Assembly: GCA_030828405.1 (NCBI GenBank)
Contig: JAURCP010000005.1
Location: 18,945-82,944 of the forward strand
DNA from: Thermoplasmatota archaeon
GTDB lineage: Archaea > Thermoplasmatota > Poseidoniia > Poseidoniales > Thalassarchaeaceae
Length of the DNA stretch: 64,000 nucleotides
Direction of reading: 5' to 3'
The translations under genes were made by a program, and so were the position numbers. Of the stretch, positions 45,315 through 54,365 are shown in pieces (the stretch's first letter is position 1; the number at the start of each line of letters is the position of its first letter). Under the pieces are notes generated by a model. That model was not told the origin of the DNA, ran no database searches, and was given only the letters and a program-made list of their open reading frames with translations.

Positions 45315-48300
45315 ATGAGGCGTAAACAGACAGCACTTCTAATGACAGTTCTAATTTTGTCAAGTTTAGCCTTTGTTTCTCAAACCCGGCCACAAGCACC
45401 GGTAGAAAATGTCGACCCAGGTGAAGCCGCAGGGGGCGGACCTCCAGTAACTGATGAAGACGGAGATAAGATACCGGATTTCCATGAAGAAATATTGTTC
45501 GGAGAAGATATAATCATAGATTTAGGAACTGAAATAATTAGTATATCTGGACTTGATTCCAGAAATGGCACAGACAATATGTCTGATCATGATAATGATG
45601 GTGCTAGTGCCCTCCTTGAGTATTGTTGGCCATACACGCTAGACAGATGCTTTACTGATAGAGTATCTTTAACGGGCAAGCCAGGAGATTTAACTGATTC
45701 AGGAATGAGAGAATGGCTGGACCCGAGAGTAGCAGATACAGACGGTGATGGTCTACCTGACGGGTATGAAATTTATATGTGTACTGAAGGTGGTCTTGGT
45801 TATCTCAATACGACAAATGCATGGACATGTCTTTGGTTCGACCCTTTAGACTCTAGCGATATGTGGGAAGATATTGATAGATGTGCTGATTTTACATTTG
45901 GATGTGGAGATGGTTTTGATGTCGATAGAAATGGTATTATAGATGATGCTGAGAAGTATACCAATTCAGAAGAGTATCTTTTTGGAACCCCAGATAATTG
46001 GGTAACTGAGAGAGATGGTTTGTGGTGTTTTGGAGAAATTAATTTATTAAATTCTGACTCCTGTCAGAAATCAGTAGAGAGAGAAACCGGAGATGGATGG
46101 CTTGGAAGTGACCCTACTGAATCAGATTCCGATTATTATTCTTGGGCAGAAGTTATTTCTGTAGGTTTAGCAGTTCCAGGAGATGGTATTCCTGATGGCT
46201 GGGAAGTACATTATGGCCTTGATCCAAGAAATGCTAGTGATGCAATTCTAGATTCAGATTCAGATGGTTGGGATCTTGATAGAGATGGATACATTATTCC
46301 TGATACTTCAGTAGCAACATCTAGTTGGGGGGAATCATTTAGCAATTATGAAGAGTACATGATATTTTATGACCAAGGAGTATCTGTTACTCCTGGTCTA
46401 AGAAGTATAGAGTTATCTCACTCTGACGATAGTTTCTCGACATACGATCAGTCTACCTCACCGCAATTAGTTGATGCGGCTGTTCATAGTATCATTTCAG
46501 ATAATCAGAGAGATAGATTGCTCGTAGGTTCTGAATTTGGGATTACAATACTGGACCCCTTTAACGAAGTATCTTCAATGATTAATCTACCATCTGGTTT
46601 AGTTTTGAATTCAATGATGGATTGGTCGAATGAGGATGGCGACTATCTAATATTGTTAACTAATCAAGGAATATCAATAGTAGAAATGCAGAACGGAGTT
46701 CCACAAATAGATTCAACGACTTTTGAAGACTCTGAATCTAGCGTTTCTGTCGGTTCGATTAATGAGATGGTTGTACTTAGTACAGGTAGTGGAAGTTTAG
46801 ATCTAATGCTTTTCTCGGGACAAGATGTTTGGACTGTATCAATATCCGGGCAATCAATAAACTCTCTAATTTATCTTGAATCAACATCTGAGATTTTATC
46901 CAATAATGCGGCTAATGTCAATACTGCTTTGCATATGGAAATGGATGGACGTGGACCCTTACTCCTCATTGGAACTGATGGAGGACTAATGGCTTGGAAT
47001 ACCACAGATGGCACTGATTCAGTAGGTGCTCCTTGGTGGGTATTTAACCGAGAAAACGCAGAAAATTTCGTTCAAAAAGCAGATTTACTCAATGTTTCAA
47101 AGTCGGCCATAGTAAATATTCTACAACCCGCAGGCCCTAAAGACTCATCTGGTAATTTTGAATTAATTACAGGTGCTTGGATTGGCACATCAGGAGGTTT
47201 ACATTTGATTGATGTTGATAAATTGATATCAATGCCACTAACTGCTTTTGATTCAGAGAGGATGTGGAATCAGGAAAATTGGCTATCAGGATCAAATGAT
47301 GTTCATTCAATTCATACATTTGGCAATCAAGTAATTGTGGGTTCTAAAGATGGAACTTGGGTTCTTGAAGGAGGCTATCAAGGAGTAACAGGAATGTCTG
47401 ACAATCAAACATTCCTTCCTGGTTTAGTCAGTTCATTAGCTACTTTAGAGTCTTCTGAATCAATAATCTTGTTTGCCGGTATTTCTCCTGGAAATTACAT
47501 GAATATCATGCCCATTGACCCTCAATCTACTGATTCCGATCTTGATGGGATGCCTGATGGTTGGGAATTTATTCATGGTCTTGATCCAACGGATCCATAT
47601 GACCGTGATAGAGATGCTGACGCGGATGGAATTCTATACGATTCAGAGTTTGGTGAGGGAATTGACAGGAGCTGGACTAATTTGGATGAATTCAGATTTA
47701 TCACTAACTCTGAAAATGGTTTCAATGGAACAGATCCAAGAAATACTGATACTGATGGAGATGGACTAACTGATGGTGAAGAATATTGGGGTTGGTTCAC
47801 AGAATCTACTAACTTTGACTGTCACTACTTAAATCAAGAATATATTTGTGATGAAGGAGTAGGTTCTGAAGCGTTATCAGTCCATCTTGAAGGATGGCTT
47901 GGTTCTGGTGCAGGCGGAGGAACAGACGGTCCTACAGACCCGACCGATACTGATTCTGATGGAGATGGAATGCCTGATGGATGGGAAATTGAGAACCGAA
48001 GATGGATTGGAGATGTTTACAATGGAGGTAATCTATGGACATTAGATCCAAGAAATCCTAACGATGCTGACGAAGATGCTGATAACGACGGTCTTTCTAA
48101 TCTATGCGAATATAAGTGGTCAAATTTACTCCAATCAGTTATCAACGAAGGATTACCCTCTCATGGTGAAAGTTCAGATGCAGCATTAAATTGGATAGCC
48201 ACTGACCCAAACAATGTTGATTCAGATGGAGATACATTACCTGATGGTTGGGAAGCAAGGTATTCTTGCTCCTGGTCTGTTGATGCTGCCGGATTGAATC

Positions 48301-51035
48301 CTTTGAATGGCTCTGATGCATTAAATAACCCTGATGGAGATGGATACGATGTAAATCATAACGGCATCTTAGAACTTGAAGAGAGACTCGTAAATTGGAT
48401 GGAGTTCCATTTGAAATCAGAACTTATATTTTCAGATAGTACTGACAATGGGATACCTTTCCCGGAGAATTTCACTACATTATTATTCAATGATACATGG
48501 GAAGATTTTGCAGGCGGTTCATTCGGTAAGTATGCCAGTAATTCTTACAATAATCTAATCAATGCTACTTCTGAAATAGACATTGGTTCGGGTAATCCAC
48601 TTAGTTCAGATTCTGATCAAGACGGAATGCCAGATGGCTGGGAGTTTTTCCATGCTCGATGGAGTCTTTTTGATAGTGCTTGGACTCTAAATCCAGTCAA
48701 TGAAAATGACCGTGTAGGAGACCCAGACGGAGATGGAATGAATAACTGGGAAGAATATAATGTAATTTCTAGTAATCTTTCAGAGATAGACACTCTAATT
48801 ACAGTTCCACAATTCTATCTACTTTACTTTGGAGGAGAGTATCTACCTAATCCTTGGTTATCTGCGGAATCCTCCAGTTCCTTTGGTTCATTTTTGTCAC
48901 CTGAACAGATAAATCTAACGGGTTTTACAGCAGATCCAAATAATCCAGATACTGACTCAGACGGATTACTTGACGGTATGGAGTTAATTTTCACAAGATG
49001 GAATTCAACAGATGGTGTTTGGACCCTAAATCCACTTGTTCCAAATGATGGTAATTATGACTCTGATAATGACGGTATCTCCGATCAAATTGAACTTAAT
49101 TTAACATTAAACAATCCATTTAATGGGGGTCTATCTCCTCCCGATGCTCCTCGTCTTTGGGAAGAAGCAGAGTACCTTGACCCCTCTGAGGCTGAAAATA
49201 GAGTGTACCGGATTCTATTTAACAAAGAAGGGAGAGCTCAACTCGCGCTTCAGCAGTTTACTGATTGGCAAGGCGGGGCTACTGCAAAACCTCTATTGAA
49301 AGCATTGTTTGGAGTTTCTGATCCTACTACTGAAGACACAGATAGAGATGGAATGAGTGACGGTTACGAATATTGGTTCACTGAATGGAATCTCGAAGAC
49401 AATCGTTGGGAGATGAATCTTCTTACAGGTACAGATATTTCTGTTGATAGTGACGATGACTCTTATGATTGTAATGGAGATGGAATAATTACCCCCTCTG
49501 AATCTTTCGATAATCTGGCAGAATTTGAGTCTAGGATATATGGCAAAAAATTGGCAATAGACAGCATTCCGAATGGAACAGGTTTAGTATCATACGGAGC
49601 CGATACTGTGAATGCATACATGGATGAGCAATCTATGAGTTACTCCTTGGCTCTGAGTCAATTATATGTTACTTTCTCTACGAAATCTATATCTTCTTTC
49701 GAGAAAACTGGATTGATTAACCAGCTTAATCCTGATAATTTCAATATTAGTTTGGCTGGAATTAGTGACCCTACAGATTCAGATTCGGATAGAGATGGGA
49801 TGCCTGATGGTTGGGAATATTGTTACTCGATATATGGCCAGTACTTACCAGTCAATGACTATAGATGGTCAATGAACCCAATAAACCCTCTCGATGTAAA
49901 TTATGACCCTGATGAAGATGGTTGGTATGACAGGCAATGGGAAGATGTACCTGCAACTCAAGGTAAATGGGAAAATAGACAATTTACTCCCGCGAATATA
50001 GAAAATCAAATTAGTAATGGGCTCGTCCCTCTATTCTTTAGCAATATTATGGAATATGAAAATGGAACATTCCCATTAGATGCTGATTCAGATGATGATT
50101 CTATGGTTATGAAACCAGTATTCACTAATGGTGAAGTTACAGACTATATTCAAGATATGAATTTAAGTGATGGTAGAGAAGTTTTCAAATATGGTACTAA
50201 TCCTTTAGATAACGATACAGATGGAGATATGATGCCTGACTTCTATGAATATTACAGGGGTTGGAACGAAACTAATGACAATTGGTCATCATATCTCAAA
50301 ATTCAAGTCCAATGGGAACAAATTTCAGCGAATAATCTGAAACCAGTTTTGATTTCTAATAATGTCATATCCAGACCAGTTCTGAATTGGGTATGGTTTA
50401 CACATGATGCAACAGACGCGAATGATGCGGGCCAAGATGCAGATAATGATGGAGGGTGGGACTGTTCAGGAGGGAATTGTGTCTACCAACCTTACAATAA
50501 TTTCCAAGAATATTATGGAGTTGTAAATGCTTCATTATCTTCTCCTACATTGGTTCGTCAATCTTTATTAAATGATTGTTCAGGAAATTATGTCCAAGAA
50601 TGGTGGCAATTAAGAGAGTCTTTGTTAGGTACATGCTCCGGTTCATCTGCCTTGGCATCCAATTACTTCAGAATGTATAAAATCAATAATAATGACCAAC
50701 TCTTTGCTTTAATAGTTGATGATAATGATTTAGATTATCAGTATTTAGATACAACTGACGATGAGACCCTATGTAGCGGTGAATGGGCAGATTCCTATGA
50801 GAGATTTGCAGGCGATCAGTATCATTTCCCTAATATTGGACTCGGCGAATATGTATATGGGTGGTGGACTTTAGATATTGATGGAGATCAGATCGCAGAT
50901 GGTACAGATCCAACTAAATGGGATACTGATGGAGACTGGTTAAATGACTTCTTTGAGATCGAGGATGATATGTTAGATGGAGTCCGTGGAAATAGTGCTT
51001 CGCCGATAAGATATGACGATAGAACTACTACCTGA
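45315..51035 (+). CDS. giant secreted TSP3-repeat protein with central beta-propeller (1906 aa)
   Basis: Signal-like KQTALLMTVLILSSLAFVSQ. Many DxDxDG-x-x-DGWE loops are present (DTDGDGLPDGYE, DSDLDGMPDGWE, DSDGDGMPDGWE, DSDQDGMPDGWE, DSDRDGMPDGWE). Residues about 365-735 (nt about 46407-47519) carry Reg_prop-like blades: LLVGSEFGITILD, LLIGTDGGLMAWN, AWIGTSGGLHLID, VIVGSKDGTWVLE. I see no C-terminal TM. Confidence 0.85.
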   Translation: MRRKQTALLMTVLILSSLAFVSQTRPQAPVENVDPGEAAGGGPPVTDEDGDKIPDFHEEILFGEDIIIDLGTEIISISGLDSRNGTDNMSDHDNDGASALLEYCWPYTLDRCFTDRVSLTGKPGDLTDSGMREWLDPRVADTDGDGLPDGYEIYMCTEGGLGYLNTTNAWTCLWFDPLDSSDMWEDIDRCADFTFGCGDGFDVDRNGIIDDAEKYTNSEEYLFGTPDNWVTERDGLWCFGEINLLNSDSCQKSVERETGDGWLGSDPTESDSDYYSWAEVISVGLAVPGDGIPDGWEVHYGLDPRNASDAILDSDSDGWDLDRDGYIIPDTSVATSSWGESFSNYEEYMIFYDQGVSVTPGLRSIELSHSDDSFSTYDQSTSPQLVDAAVHSIISDNQRDRLLVGSEFGITILDPFNEVSSMINLPSGLVLNSMMDWSNEDGDYLILLTNQGISIVEMQNGVPQIDSTTFEDSESSVSVGSINEMVVLSTGSGSLDLMLFSGQDVWTVSISGQSINSLIYLESTSEILSNNAANVNTALHMEMDGRGPLLLIGTDGGLMAWNTTDGTDSVGAPWWVFNRENAENFVQKADLLNVSKSAIVNILQPAGPKDSSGNFELITGAWIGTSGGLHLIDVDKLISMPLTAFDSERMWNQENWLSGSNDVHSIHTFGNQVIVGSKDGTWVLEGGYQGVTGMSDNQTFLPGLVSSLATLESSESIILFAGISPGNYMNIMPIDPQSTDSDLDGMPDGWEFIHGLDPTDPYDRDRDADADGILYDSEFGEGIDRSWTNLDEFRFITNSENGFNGTDPRNTDTDGDGLTDGEEYWGWFTESTNFDCHYLNQEYICDEGVGSEALSVHLEGWLGSGAGGGTDGPTDPTDTDSDGDGMPDGWEIENRRWIGDVYNGGNLWTLDPRNPNDADEDADNDGLSNLCEYKWSNLLQSVINEGLPSHGESSDAALNWIATDPNNVDSDGDTLPDGWEARYSCSWSVDAAGLNPLNGSDALNNPDGDGYDVNHNGILELEERLVNWMEFHLKSELIFSDSTDNGIPFPENFTTLLFNDTWEDFAGGSFGKYASNSYNNLINATSEIDIGSGNPLSSDSDQDGMPDGWEFFHARWSLFDSAWTLNPVNENDRVGDPDGDGMNNWEEYNVISSNLSEIDTLITVPQFYLLYFGGEYLPNPWLSAESSSSFGSFLSPEQINLTGFTADPNNPDTDSDGLLDGMELIFTRWNSTDGVWTLNPLVPNDGNYDSDNDGISDQIELNLTLNNPFNGGLSPPDAPRLWEEAEYLDPSEAENRVYRILFNKEGRAQLALQQFTDWQGGATAKPLLKALFGVSDPTTEDTDRDGMSDGYEYWFTEWNLEDNRWEMNLLTGTDISVDSDDDSYDCNGDGIITPSESFDNLAEFESRIYGKKLAIDSIPNGTGLVSYGADTVNAYMDEQSMSYSLALSQLYVTFSTKSISSFEKTGLINQLNPDNFNISLAGISDPTDSDSDRDGMPDGWEYCYSIYGQYLPVNDYRWSMNPINPLDVNYDPDEDGWYDRQWEDVPATQGKWENRQFTPANIENQISNGLVPLFFSNIMEYENGTFPLDADSDDDSMVMKPVFTNGEVTDYIQDMNLSDGREVFKYGTNPLDNDTDGDMMPDFYEYYRGWNETNDNWSSYLKIQVQWEQISANNLKPVLISNNVISRPVLNWVWFTHDATDANDAGQDADNDGGWDCSGGNCVYQPYNNFQEYYGVVNASLSSPTLVRQSLLNDCSGNYVQEWWQLRESLLGTCSGSSALASNYFRMYKINNNDQLFALIVDDNDLDYQYLDTTDDETLCSGEWADSYERFAGDQYHFPNIGLGEYVYGWWTLDIDGDQIADGTDPTKWDTDGDWLNDFFEIEDDMLDGVRGNSASPIRYDDRTTT

Positions 51036-51076
51036 GATTCATTGCATTAATTTGCTAATTTACTTTCGGTTGACAC

Positions 51077-51547
51077 ATGGACAGTGAAGGGGAGATGCCA
51101 TCTCCTGCAGATTCTTTGGAAGAGAAACTGCTTTTTCTACAAGAGAATCTATCTAATTTCGTTAAGCAGTATAATCTACCAATAATTGAATCTGCATTAG
51201 TCGTCTCAAAATATATCAATATTCTCCTTTATGAATTAAAAAAGAAAGCATCTCTTGAGATGGAAAATCTACCTCTGGAAATAACTGATTCATGGCCTAT
51301 CACAGGTGAGATAAAAACTCCAAAAATAGAGGATTTCCCATTAGATAAACTGATACAAAACATAGACCAAGACCGCATGGACATATTTGACACAATTATC
51401 AGAACTATAATCAATGGCTCTGAGATTCCCTTTGTAAATGCGATAATGCTACTAAGGGACTGGGAGAGAGTAATTAGAACCCAATTAGTGAAATCTACAA
51501 GCCCCGGTCATCTATTCAGTCCCCTAGAGTTAGATGACAATTTTTAA
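51077..51547 (+). CDS. hypothetical cytoplasmic protein (156 aa)
   Basis: Intact ORF with no competing frame, 41 nt after the giant TSP3 gene. I recognise no motifs. Confidence 0.5.
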   Translation: MDSEGEMPSPADSLEEKLLFLQENLSNFVKQYNLPIIESALVVSKYINILLYELKKKASLEMENLPLEITDSWPITGEIKTPKIEDFPLDKLIQNIDQDRMDIFDTIIRTIINGSEIPFVNAIMLLRDWERVIRTQLVKSTSPGHLFSPLELDDNF

Positions 51548-51880
51548 TCATTCATTTTCGGCTTTAGCAACTATTCTGCTCGAAACAAAAAATGCATCTC
51601 CAATAGACCAAACATATAGTAGAAACCACAAAATCACTGTGAAGAGTAATGGTAACTGTATCAAGAACCAGCCATTTGCTTTCTCGTGTTGCCGATTAAA
51701 ATGTTGACCTAAAAAAAGAAACGGTATAAGGGCTAGAATAATTGAGAATAACGGTCTCAAAGTCCCCCATGGTCCAATTCCACCATTGAGTTCAATCCAA
51801 ATAACTCCAATAACACCTAATCTACTTACTTTTTCTAGCTCTTCGTCTTCAGCAATATTGACTACAAGCTCCTCTGCCAT
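51548..51880 (-). CDS. small membrane protein (110 aa, about 3 TM)
   Basis: Hydrophobic segments are RLGVIGVIWIEL, LFSIILALIPFLFLG and LPLLFTVILWFLLYVW. Its stop abuts the stop of the upstream gene (51545-51550). Confidence 0.5.
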   Translation of the reverse strand: MAEELVVNIAEDEELEKVSRLGVIGVIWIELNGGIGPWGTLRPLFSIILALIPFLFLGQHFNRQHEKANGWFLIQLPLLFTVILWFLLYVWSIGDAFFVSSRIVAKAENE

Positions 51881-51967
51881 ATACCCGTGCTAGGAATACC
51901 TGAATGATGAATATAGCGATTGTATGTATGGGAAAACACCAACTATCTCCTACTTATCCAAATTATC

Positions 51968-52966
51968 ATGGATGCCCCCAGTGTGTTAATTACAGGCTAT
52001 CCAAAATTTTCTAATTTCGAACATAACGTGTCTGAAAAGATATTATCATTACTAAAACAGATAGATTTTGGAAAAACCAAAATTTTTACAGAATTATTAT
52101 CTGTTGATGAATTTGGTAGTAATTTAACTGCTAATAAGATCAAATCTGGAGAAACTTTTGATGTAATTATACATTTAGGATTTTCGTCAAAATCTGATAA
52201 AATTCGTTTTGAAAAATATGCATATAATGAGTATAAAATGTCCCAACCTGATAATTCAGGGCGTTGTATACCTAACGGTAAAATAATTAAAAATCAGAAG
52301 GAAAGGCATCATACAAATGCTGATTTATTACCTCTTAATTCTGAGTTTAAAGCAGAATCTCATATAGAATGGAGTGAAGATCCCGGGCGATATATTTGTA
52401 ATGAAACCTACTTTAACACACTAAATACCATTAATAATATTTCAATTTATAATGATATTAAAGTTATTTTTGTTCATCTTCCCCCTGAGTACATTCTAGA
52501 TATTTCAAAACAAACTGAAATTATTGTCCGCTTAATTAAATGTATGACTAAGCCTTATCTGGAAGTTGTTGCAGGATTGATATTTGATGCAAATAATAGA
52601 ATTTTGTCTTGTCGTCGCCCCAAAGAAAAATCATGGCCATCGTGGTGGGAATTCCCTGGAGGCAAAATTGAGTTTGGCGAAACTCCTCAGATTGCATTAT
52701 CTAGAGAGTTAAAAGAAGAACTTTCTCTAAATGTGTCCCCCTCAGGAATAATAGCTGAGCAATTTTTTAACTATGATGATAGATATGTGAAGTTAATGAT
52801 TTTAAATTGTGGAATTATCGAAGAGGATAGAATTAAGTTATTAGAGCATGATGAAATGAAATGGCTATCAAAAGAGGAGTTATTTGATGTAAATTGGTTG
52901 CCTGCTGACTTACCAATAGTCGAAAAATGGTCTAATGAAGGATTTCCTAATCCTCATCAATATTAA
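51968..52966 (+). CDS. fusion protein: pyroglutamyl-peptidase I-like (C15) N-terminal domain plus MutT-type Nudix hydrolase C-terminal domain
   Basis: N-terminal half: VLITGYPKF, IHLGFSSKSDKIRFEKYAYN (Glu), DPGRYICNETYFN (Cys), IFVHLPP (His). C-terminal half: WWEFPGGKIEFGETPQIALSRELKEELSL (Nudix box, MutT-like WEFPGGK). Start taken at ATG 51968; the track opens at TTG 51920. Confidence 0.8.
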   Translation: MDAPSVLITGYPKFSNFEHNVSEKILSLLKQIDFGKTKIFTELLSVDEFGSNLTANKIKSGETFDVIIHLGFSSKSDKIRFEKYAYNEYKMSQPDNSGRCIPNGKIIKNQKERHHTNADLLPLNSEFKAESHIEWSEDPGRYICNETYFNTLNTINNISIYNDIKVIFVHLPPEYILDISKQTEIIVRLIKCMTKPYLEVVAGLIFDANNRILSCRRPKEKSWPSWWEFPGGKIEFGETPQIALSRELKEELSLNVSPSGIIAEQFFNYDDRYVKLMILNCGIIEEDRIKLLEHDEMKWLSKEELFDVNWLPADLPIVEKWSNEGFPNPHQY

Positions 52967-53465
52967 TTGTTGGATTTCCTCTTTTATCAAACCATTCTGT
53001 TGGTTCACCATCTCTCCTCATAGCAAATTCATCTCCAGAAAATCTTGGAAACTCATTCCTTCCTTCGTGCCAGGTTTGTTGTTCCAACCAAATATCGATA
53101 TCTTCACCCGAAATTTCAATTTTAATCATACCACCAAGTGTCCCTTCATCTACAACAAAAGAAACTTTGCCTGCGATAGCAGCTTGTCTTGAGATTAAAA
53201 AATAGGTATAACTATTATCCGAATTTATCGTCATAACATCAAGGGCTGTATCTAAAATTCGTTGTATTCTGATTTGTTTCAATATAATATCAAAAATTGT
53301 TGAAGTTCCATGAATTTTTTGCTCTTTATTTTTAGTTGGAAAATCTCCTTTTCCAGGTATTTCATCAATTTCACAATCAGGGAAAAACATTTTTATTGAC
53401 TGCAAAATCTTTTCAGCATCTTCATATGGTTGTACCGTTGAAGAAATTCTAATCACTGGTTCCAT
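52947..53465 (-). CDS. UPF0201/COG1931-family protein (predicted RNA-binding, dsRBD-like fold)
   Basis: From the internal Met: MEPVIRISSTVQPYEDAEKILQSIKMFFPD ... IRIQRILDTALDVM ... FLISRQAAIAGKVSF ... LGGMIKIEISGEDIDIWLEQ. This matches my recollection of the family pattern (QRILDxAR, NKQAAxxGK, LGPIxVxI..WL). The 78-codon upstream extension in the ORF track (to 53699) would overlap the divergent gene and is probably not translated. Confidence 0.6.
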   Translation of the reverse strand: MEPVIRISSTVQPYEDAEKILQSIKMFFPDCEIDEIPGKGDFPTKNKEQKIHGTSTIFDIILKQIRIQRILDTALDVMTINSDNSYTYFLISRQAAIAGKVSFVVDEGTLGGMIKIEISGEDIDIWLEQQTWHEGRNEFPRFSGDEFAMRRDGEPTEWFDKRGNPTINIDED

Positions 53466-53559
53466 GTATGTCCGTCCAGCCCACCAGTCATGAGTTCTCT
53501 GTATGAATAATCTCCCACTAACACGAATGATTGAAATTGAATAGTTGCTGAGGCGTATC

Positions 53560-54315
53560 ATGGCAGAGCGCTCTAGTACCATCTCCGGAGCGTTATTATT
53601 GGCACCAACACTTTGTATAGTAGCATTAAGATTCGGCCTTACTAGAATCAATGAAGTAATTTCAAACGATATAATAATCGAATTTTCTATACACACCATT
53701 GCACTTATTGTCGGTTTGGTTATGTTTTCTAGGTATAGAGTAATAGAAGATCATGAATACCATCGCTCTGCAACCATAAAGAGACTTCGTAAATCATATT
53801 CTCAAGAAGATAAAGGGTTGTGGGATAAATCTGAAATCGCTATTAAAAAACTCGAAGAACAATCTTCTCAACAAGTAAAGGGCCGTAAAGGGGCATTAAT
53901 ACAGGCTAAAATGTCTGGAAATATAGGTTCATTGAATGCAGAATCATTTGAGAAAGAGGTCGATACCGATGATGAAATTGAAGTAGTCACTCATCATAGA
54001 AATATAGGTACAATTATAGATGAAGTAATAATTGAAAAAAATAATACTGAGACCTCTAAATCATTTTTATCAAAGAGATTAGAAAAATCCGCTCTCAAGA
54101 GATTGGAGAAAAAAAGACTCAAAGTTGCTAAGAAAGAAATTAAGAAATCAAATAATAAGCCTAAAGTAAAGGGATATAATCAAAATGACGAAAACCAATG
54201 GGATGTCTCTTCAAAAACTCAATTAACACCAACAGTTACTTCGTGCAAAGAATGCGGCACTCTGAATAACTCAACTAATCCTTATTGTACCTCATGTGGG
54301 ACATACTTATCGTGA
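53560..54315 (+). CDS. membrane protein with Lys-rich cytoplasmic region and C-terminal zinc ribbon
   Basis: Two hydrophobic helices (GALLLAPTLCIVALRFGL, IHTIALIVGLVMF), a KKRLKVAKKEIKKSNNKPK stretch, and the terminal CKECGTLNNSTNPYCTSCGTYLS (nt 54244-54312). The first ATG is at 53560; the track opens at TTG 53545. Confidence 0.6.
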   Translation: MAERSSTISGALLLAPTLCIVALRFGLTRINEVISNDIIIEFSIHTIALIVGLVMFSRYRVIEDHEYHRSATIKRLRKSYSQEDKGLWDKSEIAIKKLEEQSSQQVKGRKGALIQAKMSGNIGSLNAESFEKEVDTDDEIEVVTHHRNIGTIIDEVIIEKNNTETSKSFLSKRLEKSALKRLEKKRLKVAKKEIKKSNNKPKVKGYNQNDENQWDVSSKTQLTPTVTSCKECGTLNNSTNPYCTSCGTYLS

Positions 54316-54365
54316 AAATAAAATAATTCATAGGAATAGATAATAAAATAAATTTAGGTGAGTTA

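Noticed and set aside
53466-53699. N-terminal 78-codon extension of the UPF0201-like ORF in the track
   Set aside because: The family-like sequence begins at the internal Met (53465). The extension would overlap the divergent 53560 gene and has no recognisable features.
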